From: Raillietiella orientalis
Lineage: Eukaryota
Direction of reading: 5' to 3'
DNA: 64,000 nucleotides
NCBI GenBank assembly: GCA_036172245.1
Contig: JAYWIR010000042.1
Location: 1-64,000, forward strand
In this document: piece by piece, positions 12,200-23,199 of the stretch
How positions within the stretch are numbered: position 1 is the first letter of the stretch
How the letters are laid out: the number at the start of each line of letters is the position of its first letter
The notes under the pieces: generated by a model
Told to the model about the DNA's origin: nothing
Seen by the model: only the letters and a program-made list of their open reading frames with translations
The model's database searches: none
Made by a program: the position numbers and the translations under genes

Positions 12200-15100
12200 C
12201 AAACGTCGACAGTGATCTCTTGTCTTTGTTGTCAAACCGGCAGCCCTATTCGTTTCTGAGAAGCCGCACAACTTGCGTCCGGTTTGTCATCCTCCTTCTG
12301 CCATTCGTGGCTAATCAACTTGATGACAGCTTCCTTAGTCTTCTTCAGTCTTTCTTCAACGACAGCAGAAGCGTTAGCTCTGAGGCAGTCCGGAGGGATC
12401 TCAACGTGCTCCTTGCCGGTGATTTCCCATTCAGTTCGGAGCTGCATGCTTCTTGTCCCTGCTGTAGGAAAGAAGGAGTCGATGTCGAACTATCAATCGT
12501 CCTGTATCCCCCGTGAAGCTAGAATGGCAGCCCTAGCGCTTCCGGCAGGAGAAAGGCAAAAATCAGGTGATTTCTCCACCGGAATCGACCGAATTCTGCT
12601 ATCGGTGACAGCTGTTTGATCGTAGGGGAAGGGGGATTCTGAGTGCCTGGATGTATCTCGCTTATTTCTTTTCTACCCCTGAATACTCAACGAAACACTG
12701 CTCTTCTGGCTTGTCCACAAGGACTGCTGGCCATTCGTGCGCACCAGCAACCCGTGGAATCACACGGCAGAGCTCTTCCTCTGGGCGATCAGATCTATTT
12801 TCGTGAGGTGAGCTCTGACTGTGTCCGTGTTCCGGTGAAGTCTCCCTTGCGGATGTGGGTCATCCAGAGAGGAACTCTTTCTGCTTTTCCTCAGTGTACT
12901 CTGTTTTCTTTCTTACATTCTCGCGCATCCTCTGGATCATCCGGAATGCTTCTTTGTGAGAAGTGGTCAGAAGAGCTTCCTGTCGCTGAGGAAACATTAT
13001 ATTAGGAGCCGTGAGCAAAGTTATCTCCTTTTGGCGTGAAGTTTTTGGAAAGTCGAAAGGAGACACGCGGATTCGTAGCCACTAGGAAGGCTGTAGATGC
13101 TTTAGAATCCTGTAGGGTGGAAGAGTAGAGTGTGGAGCAGCTCCAGGGGTGGTCCGTTAACTCCCCTCCATCAACATTCCTCAACACGACGATACTGGAG
13201 GCATCCTGAGCTCTTGCATGTCTCTCTCACACTTAGACGACACACTGAGAAAAGTTCCGAAATACTTCCATGCTACAAACATTTCTATGATGCAAACTTC
13301 TGGAAAATAAACCCATAGTAAAAATGGACTTTTGTCAAGGAATTCCAAGAAAGAGTTTTTTTTTTCTCTTTGCCTGCGTGAGTTTCGGGAAAGAGTGCCT
13401 TCACGAACGAGGGAGAGATCAAGAAATTTCACGATAAGCTTCTTACCAGACTAAAGGAAACCTAGGGAGTACTTGTGGGGACATCTTAGAAAGCCCTCAG
13501 AACGTAAGATCAAGAAAAATCGAGGGACTCCGGTCTCCTTGATTGAGGTCCCTTGTGTAACTTCCTGGCTCTCCTAGAAAGACTGCGAAGAAAACTTCTT
13601 GGAGGACCTATTGATTCCTGGAAAAAAATGGATCATAAGGATGGATTATTACCTTTCTTACCCGTATACGTAAATACTTTGTCATTTCTTCCTGGGTATT
13701 AATTGGAAGGATTCCAGCTTTCTCGGGAAGCCTTCCTCATAAATAAAAAAAGAAAAACTCACGTTTGATTCCTCATGCTCCAGCAAGAAGGCATCCTTCG
13801 TAGAAAATCATGCATCTCTTGCGAATTCTCTTGTCACTTGTTCCTGGTCTCATTTTACTTATTCACCCGGTTTCTGAACAGAGAAATCATCGGGTTTCTC
13901 GGGAACGATGCTTCTGACCTCATTTGGACCCTGACCTCCTCATAAAATGAAACTTCGGGAAAAGTTCCACCTTCCACTTTGGCAGATTTCGTAACAAGCA
14001 GTGTTCTGGGAGTGGATCGAAACACGAAAAAGATCCGAGAACAGAAGAGAGCAGTGCACAAGGAATTCCAAGGATTCGACGAAGGTGGAAGATTCAGGAA
14101 TGGGAACAATCGAGAGAGGGAATGCTGGTACAAAAACTGCGACACTCTGCCTCCTCTTTCACCGGCAGTTGGCTTCCTTGTATCTTCTTTCTGTGCTTGC
14201 GTTTTTGAACCATGTCTCCGCTGCCTGAAGGGCGCACATTGAGAAGCAGCCACGCTGCTGGGGGAAAAATAATGCATCTCGAGATATGAATAGCTAAAGA
14301 AATTTCTTTACTTTTTCTTCCTCTAGAAAATTCCGAATAGAGAACCACGTTCTTCTACTTTTCTGGGCTCTAGGAATCCGAAAATCGAAATGCAAGAATC
14401 TATAGCTGCTTCTGAACCTCAATCTCAAACATCCCTCGAAGAAGGGAGCAAACAGGTAAAATTCAACCCTCTCTCTTTCCCAGTCTCAAAAAAAAGGCAA
14501 AAAAAAAAACAGATATTTGCACCGAAAGCTGCTGTGAAGGAAGTAGGTCAGAGCGCCGTTCCACTGCGGCGGTAAGAATAGAGTCTCCAGAGCACACAGA
14601 ATAAAATCTTCTGAACAAACAGCACATTTGGGAAAGAGTCTATGTGGGCAACGGAGAGAAAGAAAACGTAAGCATATGAATTAAGATTATTTTAAATGAA
14701 GGATCTCCAAATAGTCGGTTTACCAAGTCTTTTCCCCGTCGTTTCTTCTTTCCTTATTGGTCAGGACAATCCCTGAGTCGGCTCTGGAGTGTAACAACAG
14801 AAACTGCATACAGCAAAGACATTCTTTCTCTTTTCTTTCTTTCTCTTTTCGTCATATGTTGGAGTGCATAGAGAACTCCTGCATGGTTATCATTTTGCTC
14901 AAAGGTTTGCAAAAGTTGTAGGTCAGAAGAAAGAGACATTTTTCTTGCCTTATCCTCTTGCTCACCTTGCATCCATGGGATGCAAAGCAATGCAAGGAAG
15001 CCACGATACTTTTAGGACAACAAAGAGGAAAAATCTTCTCATTCTCTCTAAAGGGAGAAATGATCATAAAGAAGGGTAGGAGGCAAGATTAAATGGTGCC

Positions 15101-17900
15101 TTTGGAAGACCATTCATAGCGGATGACAGAAAATCTCACCGGATCATTAAATCAGATGATATAAACTCCTCGAGATGTTTATAGATGTTGGGAGCTTCTG
15201 CACTGCAACAACGCTCCTTCTCATGTTGCTGTGTCCCCTCAAGGATCCATTCTCAGAAATTGATTTTAATAATAGCCTACTGTCTGTGTTCACCACATCA
15301 CCCCACGTGAGTTTTCTTTTAAAATCCATAATGGAACTGTGAAGTGGAAAGATGTAGACATGGAAGGCAATAGAATGGCCTTCTAATTATCCTTATAATA
15401 GCAAAGACTCAATTACTCAAGAGCTGGAAACTTGCGTGAGTTCCCAAAGGGAAAGAACCATTTGGTATTCTCATGTCATAAGAGTTCTCAACGTTCACTA
15501 ATCTCACCTCAGCTTCCGCCCTCGATTAGTGTGCTGGCCATGAGCACATCGCGTATCATAAGGAAGAAGTCATCAGGGAGAACATCTCATAAAGTGTTGC
15601 GGTCTTTAAGATGAAAGTTTCAGAAGTTCTTGATTTCCTTTTACAAGTGCAGCAAAGTGGCGGTAAGCATGGAAGAGGAAAGCCTGTGTCCCACTGATTC
15701 CTCTGGTCAGCTCATTGTTCCTGGTTCATTTCCAATTTCTGAGAAAGCTTAACCTACTCTGCACACTTAATTCCAAGTTTTCCTAAAATACTGTTCAGGG
15801 GAACTTACTGGATCTTCTGAGAGTTCATGTGTTCCGAACATTTGGCTCGCATAGCTCTAATGTGTCCTGGAGAACAGAGGTGCAACCGTTGTGAGAAGCG
15901 CACACTGACCCCGAAGAACAAAATGAAGAATCTCCCATGATAAGAGTTCGTGGACTTTTGCAGTTACGTGATAAACATTAGGGAAGTGTCGGGAGAGTGC
16001 AGGAAAGTTATGAGCTTGAAAACTCTGTGGAGCTGAATGTTCCTCAAAAAATTCCTGACGAAAACGTTTTCTGGAAGATGCTGAGAAAAAATTAAAAGGC
16101 AAGAGTATCAGAAGAGCAAATAGCATTCTTATACGCTGCTGATGCGAGAATTTTGGGTGCATTGCGCTTCCCCATTCTTCTTTCTCTTTTGATACTTTAG
16201 TGACTGAGGCACCTGATAGCTCTGTAAGGAACGCACTCGGGATCCGAGTTGAATGGAATGGAAGCTGGAGATTAATCATAATCTGTTTTCAGTTATGGGC
16301 ATCAGAAAACTCTTCAAAGTGTTCTAGATGGCCGATTTCGTGTTTCCTGGTTGGTGCCATCATTAGGTATTTCAGCACTGTGGTTGGAGGTTCACTTAGA
16401 GATTACAACACCAGAGAGAAAGTGTGAATGTGACGGCGGATAAGAACCAAGCTGATGGTATGCTCTGCTTGCCAATTGAATGGACATCTGAGCGTATGAG
16501 AAGCTCCAGAAATCTCGACTGCTGCCTCATGTCAACAGAAATGAGATCCCAAGATGGAACAAACCGGGAAGAATTGTCAGTGCTCCTTATGTTCGGGTGA
16601 GCTGAACCTCATCTCAAAGTGACAAGAGGAGGAAGCGGGATCAAAGCAATAACATTCGAAAGCACCAGTGTTTCCCAGTCCTGCATTCGGCATCTAGGGA
16701 AGACCTAGACCTAGAAGAAAACAGAATGCAGCTTCAAAGGACCACGGCAGATAAAGAAGAGAGAATGAGCCGTCCACAGAACTCCCCGTGAGCTACATTT
16801 GGATTCGGTGCTGTTGGTGGCCTCGATGCCATGATGTCTTGATGAAAAGTTCCATCCAGAGCCATGTGTCCCGAAACCACTCGATACAAGCAGAGACGCA
16901 CAGCCCGGCGTGAGCAGCATCCATTCCACAGATCCGACAGTGCACTCTGCCGCTTTGTTTGTTAGCTCAGAACGAAGGAGGAGGAGGGAGAGGAGGAAGG
17001 GAATGGAAGTGCGCTATCTGCTGAAGTCCCAGTAGAAGAAATCTGCAATTCATGAAGCGGAAACACTAGCTTGAATTTGATCGAGGGTTTTTTTTTCGGC
17101 AGCCGAGATGAATGCATGCGAACTTTCTCGATGAAGCGTTGCAGGAGCTGCGGATCGCAGATCGATCCGATGCCGGATCGAAATGATGCACTCGGGATGC
17201 TCGTTTCGCTCATTGTGCGAGGCGCAGCCCAAGCAGGTGAATGGGGGCTGGCGGCCCGCGGAAGAAGTCGCATTGCGTTGATTGCCTGCGGCGGTTTCCT
17301 GGGGTGCTGCAGCCGAGCACCCTGTTTTGGAGGGGACCACTCCCATTGCTGGCATACATGTCAGAAAAGGAAACGTTTCCAAGAAGTTGGACCGGGGAGA
17401 ACTGGTGGAGACCTGGAGAAGGTTCTTGCGATATGAGAGCTCAGCTGGAAGCGAAGAGTAGCCCGGAAGAGGTCACTGAGACATCGGAATTAGGTAGACA
17501 GGGCTGATTTCCTATCCCTGCTCGGGAGAAAATCTTCATTTCAGCTCGACAGGTGTTTTGCCTGCTAATGAAGGAAGCCGAAAGAAAGGAGCAGAGGAGG
17601 TGACAGACATCCTCCCTTCGGATTCGAGCGACAACAGCTCTTGCAAGTTTCTCTTCCCCTGTCGGACTCCCGACCAGGAAAGGGCTGTCCGTCGTGCCGA
17701 AACGGGTTGCCCGGCTCACGTATCTCCTTTCCTTCGTTCCCTGGCCGGGAGCTGAAGGCTTCCCGAAAACGCAGCAGCACGAGGGGATGCTGTCGTCACT
17801 GCGGCAGAAATGTGGCGCTTCGGGGACTCCCGCTCGGGTTTTGCGAGCTGCGGCGGCAAATGGTGCCACTGGGAGTGCGCATTTCCTTTATTTCCTCTTC
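12200..17900 (-). mobile_element. Highly degenerate Ty3/gypsy LTR-retrotransposon internal region
   Basis: Minus-strand relics in gypsy order: RT-thumb-like SVVAVQKLPTSINISR (~15200); integrase-like PFLNLPPSSNPWNSL (~14080, cf. PLPIPxxPWESI); YSSTLQDS...SPFDF and the coiled FRMIQRMRENVRKKTEYTEEKQK (~13100-12880). GC-rich gag-like sequence at ~17-17.9 kb. No LTRs recognised. Confidence 0.5.
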
Positions 17901-18789
17901 TGTGCCCGGAAATGCTGGTTTCAGCTCAGGTCCCGAGGCTGATCGCTGGACTTCACATCCCCCCCCACTTCCTTATGGCAAAAAAAGGTTATAGCAAAAC
18001 AGATTTTGCTCCTGTTTTTCTTTGCTCTTTCTTCCTTTGCTCTTTTTTTTTTTTTTTCTTTTCAAGACCAAAAAAAATGCAGCAACCAATTACTTCGGTA
18101 GACTGATTTATACGAATTCCCTCTAACTCAAGGAAGAATTCACGCAATAGTATCGGCCATTTATTGCTAAATATACATAGAGTTATAAATTAGGCACTCA
18201 ATTAACTCTAAACGTTTAAGACTGCAGCATACGTAAAAGAGGCCGGAAATATTGTTTATAACAACAACCGAATATTTCCTCTTGGTAAATTGTACTAAAG
18301 CAATCACATTGGGCAGAATTTATTAGCGAGAACGGGCTATTGTGAAGAGTAATAGAGGGAGATGTTTGTTTACTTTTGAAATGTGAACTTATTGGGCTGA
18401 TTTGAATGCTGAGCATAAGATCCGAGTTAGCTGGATATTTCCTTCCAGTTTATCAAGTCTTTCTGTCGAGGAAGTACGCCGGATGGTTCCTCCGAAAACT
18501 CCAGTAAAATGAAGGGCTTTTTTGGTCTCAATCACAAGAAATGCCCGAAGCTCATGTATTCGTCTCAGAAAAAGAAAAAAAAGAAGAAAAGAAAGCACAC
18601 ATCCATGTTCTTCTGAATTAATGTTTGCTGGAGATGGGAAGCTTAAGTAAATGACCGGATTAAAGCGCTCGTAGACAATTCTGGTTCTTCTAACTGACCA
18701 CTCGTTTATAATGAACACCAGCGAATCAGAAACTGGGAGCACTTAAGATAGGCGCGAACGCGTTTTGCATCCGTGCGGACCTTTCTAGG

Positions 18790-19400
18790 GGAAAAACGAA
18801 CTGCTGGCTGCGACGGGAGAAGTTTCCTCATTTGCCGGAAGTTCAAGGAGATCGAGAAAGTCCAATGCAAGTTGCACCCATGGGAAAATCACTACCCAAA
18901 ATAAAAATCGCATCAACTGACCAGGAACTGAAAATCTGTTGCACCGTCTCCCTCCCGACTGGCGCCCAGCAGATGCCAGCTTTCCGTTGAGAGGAAAGGT
19001 CATATGCTTTTGCAGGAGGGAGGAGCAGACTGGTTCTAGGGGGAAATTCAGCACAAGGGTTGGCACGGAACTTGGCAGGAGCCCTAATTTCTCAGGGAGG
19101 CAAAACCCGATGGGGAGGAACCACGAAAATCGCCCTTCAAAGGGAATACGCTGCCACCGTTGCGAGCTCATTCCTGTTTCCCAAATTCAGGGGCCACCTA
19201 GTAGATCCAATGAGCTTCCAAAGAAGGAAGGAAGGGAAGAAAGCACGCCACCTCGAATAAAGACTCCTTCGACAGGAATGATCTTCTAGCAAGAGGATTT
19301 AAGTTTGTTCAGGGATATCTCGACATTTCCCATTTCCCAATTTTTTTTGTCTTTTCCTTTAAAGCTGGGAACCCGAGAGTTTTGAATATGTAGGTTAACT
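18790..19400 (-). mobile_element. LINE ORF1-like fragment
   Basis: WQRIPFEGRFSWF resembles the pre-zinc-knuckle motif seen in other ORF1 relics in this window (HVPFRARPNL at ~42030, PRFRGRPNN at ~63280). Confidence 0.3.
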
Positions 19401-19976
19401 GGGATGCAGCTTCCGAAGAGGGAGATTCCGATACTAGTGCAACTTTCGTTATCAGTACATTTCGTAATTAGCAAAGTGGCTAATTAGCATACTGTGAGTC
19501 ACATGAACCTGCATAAAGGAAGGGGGACCCTGCAAGTTTACGATGAGAACAAAGCACCTAATCTGAGAAAGTGAGGGAACTTTTCTACTTGCAACCTCTC
19601 TGCCTCTGAGACGTCTGAAGCTATCTGAGGACTCCACGAACTTATTTTCTTGTCTTTCCATTCAAAAATGAAATCCGAGAAACCGAAACTTCCATTGCTC
19701 CTATTGCAATATTACGAATTTCGACCGTTAGACCTCATTGCTCCATCTCCTGTGCCCTACCTTCCCACGGTGAAGAACACGGAACAGTGAAAGCAGAAGA
19801 TTACAGCTTCACTTTCGAAGAATGAGAAGTGACAAAATGAGCGGATTAGCAGTGGTCATAGGGGTGCCGTTGTGGAGTCTTTTAAAGCTTCCCTTAAGAG
19901 CGGCTTGAGAACGCTCCATAGGAAACCTGAGTTAGAATCAACAGTAGAGTTGATGGCTATCGAGTAGTAGGCGTTA

Positions 19977-21061
19977 TTTCTCACCCGTTCACTCCAGGAC
20001 ATTTATTTAATAAGAAAGGAACCCAATTGGGAACATCCTGCTTCCCAACCGAGGAGAAAAGTTCAAGGGGAGGGCCTACCGATATGCAGACACCTAAAAA
20101 TAAAGAACAGAAGGGAGGGGACGATAAATGAATAACAAAATGGGCAGGGGCGAGACACACGTCTTTGGTTCGTTCCTTTTCTCATAGAAACAAAAAAAAA
20201 AAAACCAGAAAAGTCCAAAAAGGGTTGGAAGAAACAAAAAATAAATCAATGAATCAATGGATAAATAGGGAGAGGACAAGGGTCACCTGTGGCGACCGCT
20301 CCTTTCTTTTAGAACCGGAGTTGGATGCCGCCGACGTCCGCTTTAACTTCCTCTCCCAGGTGAGATCATCTGGAAGCCGTCCTCATGTAGGCGACTGCCA
20401 TACGGATGACCTCCGTTCGCTGCGTTTGCGGGCTGTGACGATGTAGAGGATGCAACACATCGTCGCCATCGCCGCACCAGCCGGGGGAATTCGCACCACC
20501 CACGAAGACCCCCCAAAACAGGTTGCGGACGGTGCCCTCCTGTCGCTGGAGCGTCCAAGTCAGCCTTTGCCGCAATTCGTGAAGGGTGCCGCAGTTTAAT
20601 GGCAGCTGCGGGATCGATTCTACAGACCTGCACTTCCACAGTTCGGGGATCCAGCTTTCGACGCGAAGCAGCGAAGCCTTTGAGGCAAATCGTGGACCTC
20701 GCTGGTCTTCTAAAGGCACCCCTCAACAAGTGTTGAGCCCGGAGCTCAGCAAAGTAGGGGGAGATGGAACAAGTGTTGGAGGAGGGGGGAACAAGGTTGT
20801 TTCAAATGGTGGTCTGTTTCAACAAGAAGAACTTGTCATCTATGAATGGTCTCAGAGCCAGCTTAGCCTTCTGAAAGCAGTCCGACCACAGTCCGTTGTC
20901 GCCAGACCGAATGCCACGGTACTTGAAATACCTACCCGTGGAAATCTCCAGGTTGATGCAGTCGGACTGCCTCTCTCACGAGGCATTTACAGGGATGACC
21001 TTGCTCTTGCTCCTTGCTGTTGACACACACGCCCGCTCCCCGACGCAATCCGCGATGCGCG
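19977..21061 (-). mobile_element. 5'-truncated LINE (ORF2 C-terminus plus 3' UTR)
   Basis: GC-rich decayed coding sequence (ESWIPELWKCR...RNLFWGVF), a pyrimidine-rich 3' UTR, and the shared 3' hairpin module ending CCTGGAGTGAACGGGTGAGAAA. Flanked by imperfect direct repeats tggctatcgagtagtaggcgtta (19954-19976) / tggctaccgagcggtaaactta (21062-21083). Confidence 0.7.
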
Positions 21062-21089
21062 TGGCTACCGAGCGGTAAACTTAGAAGAA

Positions 21090-21600
21090 ATCCCAAGATC
21101 GAGTGGTTCGCGTCGCAGTTTAGTCGGACAATGGAAGACCGATGGTACTGCAGTGAGAAAGTCGGCAGAGCTTTCAGAAAGCATAATGAAGGACCAGATG
21201 GCACTTCATCTAATGGCACTGCATCTGAAGCCAACGGTGCGAAATTCGTGTCTAATGGGAAGCAGCATGTGAACTTAGAGTGGGTAAGGGGACTTACCGT
21301 ATTGGAAGAGAAATAGAATGCGAAAATCAACAGTGCAGGATTAGAGGATGGAATATTCTTGAAGGCATTAAATAAAAGCGTAAGTAAAAAAGGCCAAAAG
21401 TTGGAACTGAGGAACCCAGTTCTGTGATCAGGAAAACCCACAGAAAGAAGAAAGAAAAGCCACAAATGCTGCAAGTTGAATACGCTCTCAGCACGTGAAC
21501 TTGCTGAAACGATGAAAGGAAATGAAGCACGCCCTGGTTCACAAAATACTTCGGAGCAACTGCTCACGATAAGATGGATCGAAATGTCAGCACCAGCTAC
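21090..21600 (+). pseudogene. PPR relic
   Basis: NAKINSAGLEDGIFLKALNKSVSKKG (cf. HxxIxxxGLExDxFxxxALxxMYxKxG); ETMKGNEARPGSQNT. Confidence 0.45.
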
Positions 21601-21679
21601 ATAAGGAAAAGGCGACTGTCTTCCACAGAGAAAGAAAAACTCACCACCGTTGAGGAAGAGTGAATGAAAGGCAAGTGTC

Positions 21680-22300
21680 TTCTAGTGATGCCAAATGTCA
21701 AAGTACAAGGAAGTTTGAACTTGATCAGCTCTGTCAAACCGAGCAAACCGTTTGAGTGCTGCTGCCGTGCTGCGTGAAGATAGCACACGAGTGCTTCGTT
21801 CGTGTCCGTGGATCCCAGAAAAACACTGCCAAACAAAAGGCATCCGCAACGAACTGATGCATGGGAAACGCAGTTGGTCAAATAGCGGTCTGAACACAAG
21901 AGAATGGTACCAAGCGGTCATCCCCAGGCTGAATGCATTTGCCAGAACATGGCGAAGTTCGTACAAGAGCTGCGAAGTATGCGTGAACATTCTCAAAGCT
22001 TCCTTTGTAGAGTTATGCATACATGCATCTTCCCATGATGTGAAAATGTTAGCATCCAAAACTTTTGTGGAAAACTCATGGATTCTCAAAAAGATTGGAA
22101 AATTCGCACTACCTTCGGACAGGGATATGGAGCGATGATCGAGCACTGAGGCGAATTTTTTCCAACAGCGTTGCATGAAACTCTTGACAAATTGCTACCG
22201 TGGAGGAGGACATCAGATGCTGAATTACGGGAACACTCTCTTTGTGGAACCCGGAAACGAATGTTTGCTTTTTCCAGGAAGCAAATAAACAAGCTGCATT
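21680..22300 (-). pseudogene. PPR relic
   Basis: FPIFLRIHEFSTKVLDANIFTSWEDACMH; SVRCGCLLFGSVFLGSTDTN. Confidence 0.45.
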
Positions 22301-22594
22301 ATGCAAAAGGTGTGCGCCATTTGTTTTATGGCGGATCTTGGGCGCTCCAATAGAAATGCATCTTCATCTCAGGCTTCATCTATAAGAGTGTTTTACACCT
22401 TATTTTGCACGTTGAAAAAGTAGTCTGTACACTTACTTTTACACCTTAGTTCACACGATGAAAGATGATCTGGCACATTGTAAGACGGGATGATTTTAGC
22501 AGAGCACAACGGCTGCAAGCTGTTGATCCTACGTCAAAAATGAAGCATCTGAGTTTTCCATTCTGTACACAAGGGAATGAGTCCTTGTGTACAG

Positions 22595-22895
22595 AATGCA
22601 ATGTCTTCGTTTGCTGAGAGAATAAATGATTCGGAGTGGAAAACTACCCGAGAATTTCCAAATGTTCCATACATGTGCATCATCTACTCTGCATTAGGAA
22701 TGAGTTGCCGTATCCCCTTGTGTACAGAATCGAAAACCCAGAGCGAAACTATTCATGGCTGTGAACTGTTTTATGATACTGATGACTTATTTTTGATGCA
22801 GAGTAGATGATGCAGATGTATGGAGCACTTGGAAATTCTTGGGTAGTTTTCGACTCCGAATCATTTATTATCTCGACAAAAGAAGACACTGTATT
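22595..22895. repeat. Imperfect inverted repeat, 100-bp arms (22595-22694 / 22796-22895), ~100-nt spacer
   Basis: Directly visible, with about 11 mismatches and no gaps by manual alignment. Also seen as near-identical peptides in ORFs 22577+ and 22749-. Confidence 0.95.
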
Positions 22896-23130
22896 TTTCA
22901 GTCCGGCAATTTCTTTTTTTTTTTTTCCTCCCCCATTACTAGATAGCAGAAAGTCAGCTTGGGCCTGCGAGCTCAACTGGTTTCAGTCCTCGATTTCCGC
23001 AGATGAGTTCCTTGACCTTTTAAGTGGAGGCTTGCTATGCAAAAAAAAAAAAGTCCAAGTCCTAGAAGTTTGGACAATTCTGTATGCCATTTTAATAGCA
23101 AAAATGTGCGAGCATAACAGCAGCTTGACT
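22740..23130 (+). pseudogene. PPR relic whose 5' part is the right arm of the inverted repeat
   Basis: ETIHGCELFYDTDDLFLMQS / MMQMYGALGNSWVVFDSESFIISTKEDTVFFSPAIS (cf. IH...D.FL.N.LV.MYG..G....VFD....D.V.W..MI). Confidence 0.55.
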
Positions 23131-23199
23131 TCCTAGCAGTCGATCACTTGTTAAAACGACCTTGCCCGTGCTTGAGTTGCAGTAAGTTTCCCCAGGAGG

